A stretch of 64,000 nucleotides of DNA, taken from assembly GCF_009914755.1 (NCBI RefSeq), contig NC_060947.1; one strand, given 5' to 3'. Origin of the DNA: the human T2T-CHM13v2.0 reference genome, Homo sapiens. The position numbers and the translations under genes are program-made. This document shows, piece after piece, positions 38,525 to 63,930 of the stretch (position 1 is its first letter; each line of letters starts with the position of its first letter). The notes under the pieces are model-generated. The model made no database searches. It was not told where the DNA came from and saw only the letters and a program-made list of their open reading frames with translations.

Positions 38525-40875
38525 TTCAGTTGCATCCAGTTCCTTTCGAAAGCTCTAGGGGAAGGTCCATCGTGTCTCTCCCACCCCCTGGGGACTCCAG
38601 GTGTCCCTGGGCTTGTGGCCTCATCGCTGCAGTCTCTGCTTCCGTCTCCACGTGGCCTTCTCCTCTGTGTCTGTGTCTCCTCTTCTGTCTCTCTTTTTTT
38701 TTTTTTTTTTTCTGAGACTGAGTGTCACTCTGTCGCCCAGGCTGGAGTGCAGTGGCGCCATCTCGGCTTATTTCAAGTTCCACCTCCCGGGTTCACGCCA
38801 TTCTCCTGCCTCAGCCTCCTGAGTAGCTGGGACTACAGGCACCCGCCACCACGCCCGGCTAATTTTTTTATATTTTTAGTAGAGACGGGGTTTCACCGTG
38901 TTAGCCAGGATGGTCTCGATCTCCTGACCTCGTGATCTGCCCGCGTCGGCCTCCCTAAGTGGTGGGATTAGAGGCGTGAGCCACCACTCCCGGCCTCCTC
39001 TTCTGTCTCTTGTGAGGACAGTGGTCATTAGATTTATGTCCACTCTCCTACAGGATGATCTCATCTCAAGCTCCTTGAATTAATTATGTGTGCAGACACG
39101 CTGTTTCCAAATAAAGTGTCACTGACAGGTACTAGGGGCTTAAGGCAACAGAAACTCATTCTCTCTCACTCCTAGAGAACAGAAGTCTCAGAACAACGTG
39201 TCTTAGGGCTGTGCTCCCTCTGGAGGCTCTAGGGGAGGGTCCTTTCTGCTTCTCCCAGCTCCTGGGGGCTCCAGGTGTCCCTGGGCTTGTGGCCGCATCA
39301 CTCCGGTCTCTGCCTCCGTCTCCACATGGCCCTCTCCTCTGTGTCCGTGTCTCCTCGTCTGTCTTTTATGAGGACTGTGGTCATTAGAGTTAGGGTCCAC
39401 TGTTGTCCAGGATGATCTTATCTCGAGCTTTTGAATTAATTATATCTGCAGAAACCGTATTTCCAAATAAAGTCTCACTGATAGGTACTAGGGGATTGAA
39501 ACAACAGAAACTCATTCTCTCTCAGTCCTGTAGACCAGGAGTCTCAGGGCCACACTCCCTGTGGAGGCTCTAGGGGAGGGTCCTTCTTGCCTCTGCCAGC
39601 TCCTGGGGGCTCCAGGTGTCCCTGAGCTTGTGGCCCCATCACTCCAGTTTCTGCCTCCATCTCCACGTGGCCACCTCCTCTGCATCTGTGTCTCCTCTTC
39701 TGTCTGTTAAAAGGACACCTGTCATTGCATTTAGGGCCCACCCTATTGCAGGATGATCTCATCTCCAGATCCTTAATATAACTACATCTGCAAAGACCCC
39801 TTTTTCCAAATATGGTCCCATTTACAGGTTCTCAGGTTTTGATGTGGACTCATCTTTTGGGGGACACCACTCAATCTCTTCCAGTTGTATTCAGCTCCCT
39901 CCAGAAGCTGCAGTGGAGCGTCCTTCCTGCCTCTCCCAGCTCCTGGGGGCTCCAGGCATCCCTGGGCTTGTGGCTACATCACTGCAGTCTCTGTCTCTGT
40001 TTCCACGTGGCCTTCTTCTCTGTGTCTGTGTCTCCTCTTCTGTCTCTTAGGAGGACACCTGTCATTGCATTTACGGCCTACCCTGCTCCAGGATGATCTC
40101 CTCTCAAGATCATTAACTAATTACATCTGCAATGACCTTATTTTCAAATAAGGTCCGGTTCACAGATTCTGGGGGTTAGGACATGGACAGATCTTTTGGG
40201 GATCACCATTCAAGTCTTTGCAATTGTGTCTGGTTCCCTCCAGAGGCTCTAGGGGAGGGTCCTTCCTGCCTCTCCCAGTTCCTGGGGGCTTCAGACATTT
40301 CTGGGCTTCTGGCCGCATCACTGCAATCTCTGCCTCCATCTCTACGTGGCCTTCTCTTCTGTGTCTGTGTCTCCTCTTCTGTCTCTCAGAAGGACACCTG
40401 TCATTGCATTTAGGGTCCACCCTAACTCCATATGACCTCATCTCTACATACTTAAGTAATCATATCTACAAAGACACTATTTCCAAATAATGTCCCACTG
40501 CAGCTTGTGGACAATAGCACGTGAACAGATCTTTCAACTACATGCAGCTCCCTCCGGAGGCTCTGGGGAGGGTCCTTCCTGCTTCTCCCAGCTCCTGCGG
40601 GCTCCAAGTGTCCCTGGGCTTGTGGCCGCATGACTCCAGTCTCTGCCTCCGTCTCCACATGGCCTTCTCCTCTGTGTCCGTGTCTCCTCTTCTGTCTCTT
40701 AGAAGGACACCTGTCAGTGGATTTAGGACCCAAGTTAAATGCAAGATGATCCTATTTCAACATCCTTAACTATATCACATGTAGAAAGACCCTACTTACA
40801 ATTAAGGACACACTCTGAGGTTCTGGGTAGACGTGAATTTGTTTTGGAGGGGGGATACATTTTAACCCAGTACAG
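38525..40875 (-). repeat. Tandem array of ~6 MLT1-derived ~330-360-bp units (STIR-like); the first is interrupted by an AluY
   Basis: GCTCTAGGGGAGGGTCCTT...CCCTGGGCTTGTGGCC(G)CATCACTCC...CCACGTGGCCTTCTCCTCTGTGTC recurs at ~38550, 39225, 39565, 39905, 40245 and 40560. Confidence 0.88.
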
Positions 40876-41039
40876 CGTCTTGATTAGGGAAGGAAATGAA
40901 CTCATTTCATTCATAGAATCATGAATTGTTCATTCCTTGTGTTTATCAAGCATTCTCTAAAATGTTCCCGAGCCGACTGTGGAGCTCTGAGAACTCTTGA
41001 ACAAACCTGTCCATAGTGGTTTCTGCCTTCTGTGCTTTA

Positions 41040-41729
<690 letters not shown>

Positions 41730-42037
41730 TGATCCACCCACCTGGACCTCCCAAAGTGCTGGGATTACATGAGTGAGCCACCGCGCCCGGACAGGTCCTG
41801 GACTTTTAAAATCAAAGGCCAGTACGTTTAATGACCATTAGAGAGAAAGATAAAAGCTGCCACAAGGTTCCGTTTGTCTAATTGAGCATTTGCAGGCTGA
41901 GGAGTGGAAAGGTTGTTTCTGATGTCCGCAGGGGACCGTTTTACACCTGGAAACCTGACATTTCATTCACCGCAGCCCGCCGGGCGTGCCGGCCACTTCA
42001 CTTTTCACCCCCTCTGACTCCTCTTTCTTTGAAGCTA

Positions 42038-42415
<378 letters not shown>

Positions 42416-42518
42416 TCATGCCTGTAATCCCAGCACTTTGGGAAGCTGAGGCAGGCGGATCACAAGGTCAGGAGTTTGAGACCAGCCTGGCCAACATGGT
42501 GAATCTCCGTCTCTACTA

Positions 42519-42760
<242 letters not shown>

Positions 42761-43550
42761 TCAAACATCTTATGAGTCTGGCTTACTAGGGGTGGCTATT
42801 GTTTGAGTTACTATTTGCTTGTTTACTGTGTTGTTCATTCACGCCCCGAATGGTTGTAGGGCTAGCTAGCTGCCCAGAATGTCTCTTGAAGAAACTCACA
42901 ATTTTTCTTTTTATTTCCATGCCTCGAGGTGGGGGGTGGCAGGACCTTTGGAGGGGTCTCTGGTCCTTCTCAGCCATTTGTTTTTTTTTGTTTCTGTTTT
43001 GAGATGGAGTTTCACTCTGCTGCCCAGTGCGGAGTGCAATGGTGTGATCTCGGCTCACTGCAACCTCCGCCTCCGGGTTCAAGCGATTCTCCTACCTCAG
43101 CCTCCCAAGTAGCTGGGACTGCAGGCGCCCACCACCACGTCCAGCTATTTTTTTTTTTTTTTTTTTTTTTTTTTGTATTTTTAGTAGACACGGGGTTTCA
43201 CCATGTTGGCCAGGCTGGTCTCGAACTCCTGACTTCAGGTGATCCGCCCGCCTCGGCCTCCCAAAATGCTGGGATTACAGGCGTGAGCCACTGCACCGGG
43301 CTCTTCTCACCCACTTTAAGCTTTCTTCCATCCCTAAACTCCTCTGTGTATCCTCTTCCAACTTCATGTTACTGCTTAGGGGTGCATTTGCCTCTCAAAG
43401 GCCTTTTCTTACAAACAGTGCATTTCCAGACTTTCAGGCGTCCCCAGGTGTCTAGGACAGCCGAAGACCCAACACTGGTCTTTAAAATTTCCATACGTAT
43501 TGTTTTCCACGCCACTGACGCAGCCTTGGACAGCTCCTTTGTGGACTGAT

Positions 43551-44309
<759 letters not shown>

Positions 44310-45048
44310 CCGATGTGTGTGAGCAAGAGATTTTGAAATTAAGAGGCAGGAGAGAAGGAAGCTGAGAGCTTGCTATTTCTGTGAACACTGGTTGTTACTG
44401 TATCGGGCCCCGTTAGAGTGGACCCTAGCTCAGAGGAGACATTTGATAACTGTGGGAAAATCAATGAATGAATGAAGACGCTAAATTTCTTGCAAGCACT
44501 GATGTCTAACTTTTATTCATTTATTTATTTTAGACACAGGATCTTGCTCTGTTGCCCCGGCTGGAGTGTAGTAGTGTAATCCTAGCTGACTGCAGTCTCA
44601 AACTCCTGGGCTCAGGCAATCCTCCTGCCTCAGCCATGTGAGTAGCTAGGATTATAGGCCTGTGCCACCATGCTTGGCTAGGTGTTTTTAAAATTTTTTT
44701 GGCTGGGTGCAGTGGCTCATTCCTGTAATCCCAGCACTTTGGGAGGCCGAGGTGGGAGGATCTCCTGAGTCCGGGACATCGAGGCTGCATTGAGCCAAGA
44801 TCGTGGCATTGCAGCCTGGGTGACAGACTGAGACCCTGTCTGAAATGAAATTTCAATAAAATAAATAAAATCATTTCTTTATAGACAGGATGTCAGTATG
44901 TTGCTCAGGCTGGTCTCAAACTTCTGGACTTCAAGTGAGCCTCCCACCTTGGCCTCCCAAAGTGCTGAGATTACGGGTGTGAGCCACCATGCTGGCCCTG
45001 AGTCTTAACTTTCATAAAAACAATTCTTTTGTGTCTGTGTGTGTGTGA

Positions 45049-45232
<184 letters not shown>

Positions 45233-45747
45233 TAGCTGGGGTTACAGGCGTGCACCACCACGCCCAGCTTATTTCTTGTATTTTTAGTAGAGACAGGGTT
45301 TCGCCATGTTGGCCAGGCTGGTCTCAAACTCCTGACCTCAAGTAATCCGCCCACCTCAGCCTCCCAAAGTGCTGGGATTACAGGCGTGAGGCACCACGCC
45401 TGGCCTTTCATAAGAATACTTCTTAGTAGAATGCTGCCTACCGCAGAATTGCCTTACCTCTCCCCTCACTTTGTGTCCAAAGGGAATTCACAATCTCCAT
45501 TCCAGGGTTTGAGCTCAGGCTGAGATGAGATTCAGCTCGTCTGGGGACTTGCAAATGCTTTGAAAAGATATGAAAAGGGTCGGGCATGGTGGTTCACGCC
45601 TGTAATCCCAGCACTTTGGGAGGCTGAGGCAGGCAGATCACGAGGTCAGGAGTTCGAGACCAGCCTGGCTAACCTGATGAAACCCTGTCTCTACTAAAAA
45701 TGCAAAAATTATCTGGGCGTAGTGGTGCGCGCCTGTAATCCCAGCTA

Positions 45748-45919
<172 letters not shown>

Positions 45920-46059
45920 TCACAAAGGTATGAAGGGGAGAGGTGCATTCCTGGGTGTAATATTCTCAATGAACACCAGGAGGCGGTGGTGAGGCACCAT
46001 CCACACAAGCTGTCTTGAAGCGTGAACTGCCTGAAATGGTGAATTTTGTATCCACAGTA

Positions 46060-49395
<3,336 letters not shown>

Positions 49396-49968
49396 ACACC
49401 ACCGAAGGAGAGAGAATAAGGGGTCCTCGTGGGTTTGCGGGGTGACTGAGAGAGTCACAGATGACCTGTGGGTGCCTGGATTCCGGGAGGGGACGGGAGG
49501 ACTCAGGGAAGAAGGACAGGGTGAAATCATCGGAGTTTCCCTCCAGTGGGAGGCCGGGAGCTTCCAACTGCCTCTGTACCCCCGACCCAGCACACAAAAG
49601 GACGAGGAGAAGCATATCCTCGTCTCTAAGCATCAGCGCCAATCACGGCAGGTGCCGTGGTAGCAGTGAGCCTTGGCACTCAGCGTTTTTCTGCACTGTG
49701 GGTGAAAGTCCGGGAAGATATCAGAACCTGTGGGCCCTGAGTGTCAGTCTTGCCCCTGTGGGTGGAGGGTGCAAGATTCTAGAGCAGTGGTCCTCAGGCT
49801 GGGGCTGGGTTAACTCCAGGAGAATCACCCTCTAGAGAGAGAGATGTTCCAATGCAGAGTCCCAGGCCTGCCCAGGAGAATCCAGCTCAGGAGTCTGTGG
49901 GTGAGTTCCAAAGGGTGTGACCAGGGATTGCTCACTGATTCAGGCGACTCAATGATAAAGAAGAGTGA

Positions 49969-50140
<172 letters not shown>

Positions 50141-50289
50141 TAATTTTTTGTATTTTCAGTAAAGATGGGGTTTCCCCATGTTGGTCCGGCTGGTCTCGAA
50201 CTCCTGACCTCGTGATCTGCGCGTCTCAGCTTCCCAAAGTGCTGAGATTACAGGCGTGAGCCATCGTGCCCGGCCGATCCTTTTTTTAT

Positions 50290-52610
<2,321 letters not shown>

Positions 52611-52722
52611 CTTGTCTCAAAAAATAAAGAAATAATTAATATAGAAAACTGTTCTCTTTAGACCAGGCTCGTGGCTCACGCCTGTAATCCCAGCACTTTG
52701 GGAGGCCGAGGCGGGCGGATCA

Positions 52723-53806
<1,084 letters not shown>

Positions 53807-54007
53807 TTTCCAAATAATACGCTTCAGCATTTCAATATGGAAATAACTTTCCTTACTCAGGAGAGGGAAAATAGCAGCACAGATGGAATTAATTCAAACA
53901 GAGACACCAAAAGAGGAGAACATGAAAGATTCAGGTTTCAACGTTTAGGAGCTGGAAGAAAAAAAAATAATAATTGGTATATCCTTTTTTTTTCCAATTG
54001 AAGCTAG

Positions 54008-54230
54008 CTTTCTTTCTCTCTTTCTCTCTCTTTCTCTTTCTCTCTTTCTCTTGCTCTCTTTCTCTTTCTCTCTTTTTCTTTCTCTTTCTCTCTCTCTTTC
54101 TCTTTCTCTCTCTTTCTCTTTGTCTCTCTTTGTCTCTCTGTCTCTCTGTCTCTCTGTCTCTCTCTTTGTCTCTCTCTCTCCTCTTTCTCTCTCCTCTCTT
54201 TCTCTCTTTCTCTCCCTCTCTCTCTCTCCC

Positions 54231-54261
<31 letters not shown>

Positions 54262-54264
54262 CTT

Positions 54265-54321
<57 letters not shown>

Positions 54322-54389
54322 CTCTTTCTCTCTTTCTCTCTTTCTCTTTCTCTCTCTCTCTCTTTCTCTTTTTCTCTTTTCTTTCTCTT

Positions 54390-54428
<39 letters not shown>

Positions 54429-54429
54429 T

Positions 54430-54490
<61 letters not shown>

Positions 54491-54578
54491 TTCTCTCTCT
54501 TTCTCTCCTCTCTCTTTCTCTCTTTCTCTCCCTCTCTCTCTCTCCCTCTCTTTCTCTCTCTTTCTCTCTCTTTCTCTC

Positions 54579-54613
<35 letters not shown>

Positions 54614-54620
54614 CTCTCTT

Positions 54621-54708
<88 letters not shown>

Positions 54709-54710
54709 TT

Positions 54711-54749
<39 letters not shown>

Positions 54750-55340
54750 TTCTCTTTCTCTCTCTCTCTCTTTCTCTTTTTCTCTCTTTTCTTTCTCTTT
54801 CTCTCTTTCTCTCTCTCTTTCTCTCTCTCTTTCTCTTTCTCTCTCTCTTCTTCCTCCCTCCCTCTCTTCCTCCCTCCCTCTCTTCCTCCCTCCCTCTCTT
54901 CCTCCCTCCCTCTCTTCCTCCCTCCCTCTCTTCCTCCCTCCCTCTCCCTCCCTCTCCCTCCCTCTCCCCCTCCCCCTTTCTCTCTGTTTCTCTTTCTCTT
55001 TCTCTCTGTTTCTCTTTCTCTTTCTCTCTGTTTCTCTTTCTCTCTGTTTCTCTTTCTCTCTGTTTCTCTTTCTCTGTTTCTCTTTCTCTGTTTCTCTTTC
55101 TCTGTTTCTCTTTCTCTGTTTCTCTTTCTCTCTCTCTTTCTCTCTTTCTCTCTTTCTCTCTTTCTCTCTTTCTCTCTCTTTCTCTCTCTCTCTCTCTCTT
55201 TCTTTCTCTCTCTCTTCCTCTTTTTCTCTCTCTCTCTTTCTCTTTCTTTCTCTCTTTCTCTCTCTCTTCCTCTTTCTCTTTCTCTCTCTCTCTTTCTCTC
55301 TTTCTTTCTCTCTTTCTCTCTTTCTCTCTCTCTTTCTTTC
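54008..55340. repeat. ~1.3-kb almost pure polypyrimidine (CT/CTTT/CCT) tract at the tail of the adjacent L1
   Basis: Read directly; only scattered G and no A seen on the + strand. Confidence 0.95.
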
Positions 55341-56544
55341 ATTGTACTTTAAGTCCTGGGGTACATGTGCAGAACGTGCAGGTTTGTTACATAGGTATAC
55401 ACGTGCCATGGTGATTTGCTGCACCCATCGACCCGTCATCTACATTACGTATTTGTCCTAAAGCTATCCCTTCCCTAACCCCCAGCCCCTGACAGGCCCC
55501 GGTGTGTGATGTTCCCCTCCCTGTGTCCATGTGTTCTCATTGTTCAACTCCCACTTATGAGTGAGAACATGCAGTGTTTGGTTTTCTGTTCTTGTGTTAG
55601 TTCGCTGAGAATGATGGTTTCCAGCTTCGTTCATGTCCCTGCAAAGGACATGAGCTTATTCTTTTTTCTGGCTGCATAGTATTCCATAGTGTCTATGTGC
55701 CACATTTTCTTTATCCAGTCTATCATTTATGGGCATTTGGGTTGGTTCCAAGTCTTTGCTATTGTGAACAGTGCAGCAATAAACATATGTGTGCATGTGT
55801 CTTTATAGTATGATTTATAATCCTTTGTGTATATACCCAGTAATAGGATTGCGGGGTCAAATGGTATTTCTGGTTCCAGATCCTTGAGAAATCACCACAC
55901 TGTCTTCCACAATGGTTGAACTAATTTACTCTCTCACCCACAGTGTAAAAGCATTCCTATTTCTCCAATTCTCTCCAGCATCTGTTGTTTCCTGACTTTT
56001 TAATGATCGCCATTCCCATTCTAACTGGTGTGAGATGGTATCTCATTGTGGTTTTGATTTGCATTTCTCTAGTGAACAGTGAGGAGGAGCTTTTTTTCAT
56101 ATGTTTGTTGGCTGCATAAATGTCTTCTTTTGAGAAGTGTCTGTTCATATCCTTTACCCATTTTTTGATGGGGTTGTTTTTTTCTTGTTAATCTGTTTAC
56201 GTTATTTGTAGATTCTGGATATTAGCCCTTGGTCAGATGGATAGATTATAAAATTTTTCTCCCATTCTGTAGGTTGCCTGTTCACTTTGATCATGGTTTC
56301 TTTTGCTGTGCAGGAGCTCTTTAGTTTAACTAGATCCCATTTGTCAATTTTGGCTTTTGTTGCCATTGCTTTTGGTGTTTTAGACATGAAATCTTTGCCC
56401 ATGCCTATGTCCTGAATGGTATTGCCTAGATTTTCTTCTAGGGTTTTTATGGTTTTAGGTCTTACATTTAAGTCTTTAATCCATCTTGACTTAATTTTTG
56501 TATAAGGTGTAAGGAAGGGATCCAGTTTCAGCTTTCTACATATG
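55341..56544 (-). mobile_element. 5'-truncated L1PA (~1.2 kb; ORF2 end plus 3'UTR)
   Basis: Minus-strand translation [39 protein letters not shown]... is L1 ORF2p; 3'UTR with GGGTACATGTGCAGAACGTGCAGG. Confidence 0.95.
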
Positions 56545-57274
56545 ACAATGAATGTCAGGCATCCATCTCTATAGCCAATTCCCAGTTCACGTATCATCCA
56601 GGGAAGGGTTAGATAGTCAAAGAGGCTGCCCTCCCACCCCCTGTCAGGCAGCCAGTGGGGGTGGAGGCTTGTCTTCTTCTCACCTGATCCTCTCATAAGC
56701 TTCACACGCAGCTGCATAGTTTCTGCTATTCTGATGTTCACTTCAAGAGATGGTGGACACTCATCATCAGATGTGTCTTCCTTCTCGATTTCTTTTCTGG
56801 TTGGAATATATCAATTCATTTTTTTTTTTTTTTTCAGTTTCTAAACTTTGAAACCTGTGTTTTTCATTTTCTTCTCTTTTGATGTTCCAGTTTGAATTAT
56901 TTCATCCCTGCTGCTATTTTCATGCTCCTGAATAACGAATGTTATTTATATATGGAGATGCTGAAGTGTATTATTTGGAAAGGGAAATTTGTTACCTCTG
57001 ATATGGGTTTGGAGATTTATTAAAAATAAATATCTTGACATACCAGCTTGAAGAGAGATTTCACCTAATCAGGAACTTATGAATTCTATGAATATTTGAA
57101 TTAAGTTGCAGGTGTATTTCTCAGATTAATTTCTGCTCTGGGGTGTTGGAGGGATTCTTGTCCATCTTATATACAGACAGTTTTTTGCTGCTGTAGACAC
57201 TGTAAGACACCTCTAATTTATCAGCCAATTCTGTGGGTAAAATATGATGATTAGAAGGTGTAATGAGATTAATT

Positions 57275-59112
<1,838 letters not shown>

Positions 59113-59131
59113 GAGCAGCATAGAACACGAA

Positions 59132-59550
59132 TGTCCAACAATCATGGACTGGATTAAGAAAATGTGGCACATATACACCATGGAATACTATGCAGTCATA
59201 AAAAATGATGAGTTCATGTCCTTTGTAGGGACATGGATGAAGCTGGAAACCATCATTCTCAGCAAACTATCGCAAGGACAAAAAACCAGACACCGCATGT
59301 TCTCACTCATAGGTGGGAATTGAACCATGAGATCATATGGACACAGGGTGGGGAGCATCACACACTGGGTACTGTTGTGGGGTGGGGGGAGGGGGGAGGG
59401 ATAGCATTAGGAGATATACCTAATGCTAAATGACGAGTTAATGGGTGCAGCACACCAACATGGCACTTGCATACATATGTAACTAACCTGCACATTGTGC
59501 ACATGTACCCTAAAACTTAAAGTATAATAATAATAAAATAAAAATAAAAA
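59132..59550 (+). mobile_element. 5'-truncated L1PA 3' end with TSD AACACGAA (59124-59131 and 59551-59558)
   Basis: Translates CPTIMDWIKKMWHIYTMEYY...[12 protein letters not shown]; L1 3'UTR and poly(A). Confidence 0.93.
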
Positions 59551-60452
59551 AACACGAAGCTTTCTTGGCACTTCCCAAGAGTGGATTTAACTCTTCTCCT
59601 GGGATAGCAGGGACCACCAGCCCACAAAGGAGGACTTATTATCTCCACTTCAGTCTCGCCTGAAAATCTGCTCTAGTTTTGAACAACATCAGAGCTAAAC
59701 AAATCAGAAAGAATGTGATTGTTTTGGTCGGGTGTTCTCCGGAAGAAGCTATTGCCTCCTCCTGTGAATGCCAGCTGGGCAAAATATTCCTAAAGCATCT
59801 CACAAATTCATCAGTGGTTTCTGCTCTTGGACAGCTATTTTCTTTGATGATAAAGACTTAGGCAATGCATGGAATTCTAGATGTATTAATATATACTCAG
59901 ACAAGCACTGAACAGACTTTGCTTTCCTAGTTAAAATCTAAGTGATACAGGTACAATCAGCTGCCTGTAATCCCAGCTCTTTATAGGCTCATGCCTGGAA
60001 TCCCAGCACTTTAAGAGTCCGAGGTAGGCAGATCACCCAAGGGCAGGAGTTCGAGACCAGCCAGGCAAACATGGAGAAACCTTGTCTCTACTAAAAATAC
60101 AAAAATTAGCCGGGCATGGTGGTGGGTGCCTGTAGTCCCAGCTACTCGGGAGGCTGAGGCAAGAGAATTGCTTGAACTTTGGAGGCCAGGTTGCAGTGAG
60201 CCGAGATCACACCACTGCACTCCAGGTAGGCGACAAGAGGGAAACTCTATCTCTTAAAAAAAAAAAAAAAAAAAAAAAAAAGGCTGGACATGGTGGCTTA
60301 TGCCTGTAATCCCAGCAGTTTGGGAGGCCGAGGCAGGCAGATCACGAGGTCAGGAGTTCGAGACCAGCCTGGCCAAATGGTGAATCTCTCTCTACTAATA
60401 GTACAAAAATTAGTCAGGCGTGGTGATGGGCACCTGTAATCCCAGCTACTCA

Positions 60453-60632
<180 letters not shown>

Positions 60633-61567
60633 TCAGGCGTTCGAGACCAGCCTGGCCAATGTGGTGAATCTCTGTCTTTACTAAAAACACAAACATTAGC
60701 TGGGCATGGTGGCAGGTGCCTGTAGTCCCAGCTACTTGGGAGGCTGAGGCAGGAGAATTGCTTGAACCCAGGAGGCCAGGTTGCAGTGAGCCGAGATCGT
60801 GCCACTGCACCCCAACTGGGGGACAAGAGTGAAACTCCGTGTCTTAAAAAAAGACACAAATAGTGGACTTGGGGCTCACCCTAATCCATGATGTTCTCAT
60901 CCCTAACTCCTTAACTAGATTACTTCTGCAAAGAGTCTTATACCAAACGCGGTCCCATTCTCAGGTTCTAGGGGGTTAAGCCATACTCATATCTTTTTGA
61001 GGAGACACCGTTGAATGGACTGAATTGTACTGCTCCCCAAATTCGTTTGTGGAGCCGTAACATCCAATGTGATGATATTTGAAGAGGAGGACTTTGGGAG
61101 GTACATAGAGTTACTCGAAGTCGTATGTGAATGAATTATATTTTGTTACTTCACTCTTCTCTCGATGGACAGATTGTAGATTTTTGAGTAGGGCACTCAC
61201 ATGCGTTTCACTAAGGTTTTTAAAAGATCCCTTTACAGCGGTGTCAAGAGTAAATTATAAGCCAGGTGTGGTGGCTCACGCCTGTGATCCCAGCACTCTG
61301 GGAGGCCGAGGCGGGCGGATCACTTGAGGTCGGGAGTTCGAGACCATCCTGGCCAACAAGGTGAAACCCCATCTTTACTAAAAATACAAAAATTAGCCAG
61401 GTGTGGTGGTGCGCACCTGTAATCCCAGCACTGTGGGAGGCTGAGGCAGGCAGATCACCTGAGGTTTGGAGTTCGAGACCAGCCTGGCCAACATGGTGAA
61501 ACCCCGTCTCTACTAAAAATACAAAAATTAGCCAGGTGAGGTGAGGTGGTGCGCACCTGTAATTTCA

Positions 61568-61810
<243 letters not shown>

Positions 61811-61983
61811 TTAGTTCTGAATTTTTTGAAATTCTTGAATGAGTTTCTTACGGGGGTAAGGTATACGTAACCTAAAATTTACCTGTTTTGGCTGGGCGCG
61901 GTGGCTCACGCCTGTAATCCCAGTACTTTGGGAGGCCAAGGCGGGTGGATCACGAGGTCAGGAGATCGAGACCATCCTGGCTA

Positions 61984-62211
<228 letters not shown>

Positions 62212-62564
62212 TTACTTATTTATTTATTTTGAGAAGGAGTCTCGCTCTGTCACCCAGGCTGGAGTGCAGTGGCGTAATCTCTGCTCACTACAACCTCCGC
62301 CTCCTGAGTTCAAGTGACTCTCCTGCCTCAGCCTCCTGAGTAGCTGGGACCAGAGGCACAGATGGGGTTTCACCATGTTGGCCAGGATGGTCTCGATCTC
62401 CTGACCTTGTGATCCGCCCATCTTGGCCTGCCAAAGTACTGGGATTACAGGCATCAGCCACTGTGCCCGGCCATTTATTTATTTATTTATTTATTTTTCA
62501 GTTTTCCCTAAGGTAATTTATTTTTTATTTATTTTTTATTTATTTTTTTTAATTTTTTTTTTCT

Positions 62565-62752
62565 TTATTATACTTTAAGTTTTAGGGTACATGTGCACAT
62601 TGTGCAGGTTAGTTACATATGTATACATGTGCCATGCTGGTGCGCTGCACCCATTAACTCGTCATTTAACATTAGGTATATCTCCTAATGCTATCCCTCC
62701 CCCCTCCCCCCACCCCACCACAGTCCCCAGAGTGTGATATTCCCCTTCCTGT
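62565..62752 (-). mobile_element. Short L1PA 3'-end fragment
   Basis: TTATTATACTTTAAGTTTTAGGGTACATGTGCACATTGTGCAGG... Confidence 0.9.
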
Positions 62753-62770
62753 TATTTATTTATTTTTTGA

Positions 62771-62878
<108 letters not shown>

Positions 62879-63463
62879 TAGCTGGGACTACAGGCGTGTG
62901 CTGCCGTGCCCGGCTAATTTTTGCATTTTTAGTAGAGATGAGTTTTCACCATGTTGGCCAGGCTGCTCTTGAACTCCTGTTTTTAACCTTTTTTAAATGT
63001 ACAGTTCAGTAGCATTAAGGACATTCTCATTATTGTGCAGTTTTCACCACCCTGCACTTCCCAAGCTTGTTTATCTTTCGCAACTGAAACTATGTCCTCA
63101 TGAAACACTCTCAGGGCCGGGCGCGGTGGCTCACGCCTGTCATCCCAGCACTTTGGGAGGCCGAGGCCTGTGGATCACCTGAGGTCAGGAGTTCAAGACC
63201 AGCCTGGCCAACATGGAGAAACCCCGTCTCTACTAAAAATACAAAAATCAGCCCGGCGTGGTGGCGCACGTCTGTAATCTCAGCTACTCGGGAGGCTGAG
63301 GCAGGAGAATGGTCTGAACCCGGGAAGAGGAGCTTGCAGTGAGCCGAGATCACGACACTGCACTCCAGTCTGGGTGACGGAGTGAGACTCCCTCTGCAAT
63401 CAAACAAATAACAACAACAACAAAAAAACAGTCCCTCCTCATTCCCCTCCCACAGCCCCTGGC

Positions 63464-63853
<390 letters not shown>

Positions 63854-63899
63854 TAGCTGGGATTACAGGCATGCACCACCACGCCTGGCTAATTTTTGT

Positions 63900-63930
<31 letters not shown>

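Noticed and set aside
53931-55461. 430-500-aa ORFs rich in R/E/K or S/L/F
   Set aside because: Translations of the CT/GA microsatellite, which has no stop codons by composition.
55957-56741. ORF2p-like ORFs (also 59024-59323)
   Set aside because: Fragments of 5'-truncated, non-autonomous L1 copies.
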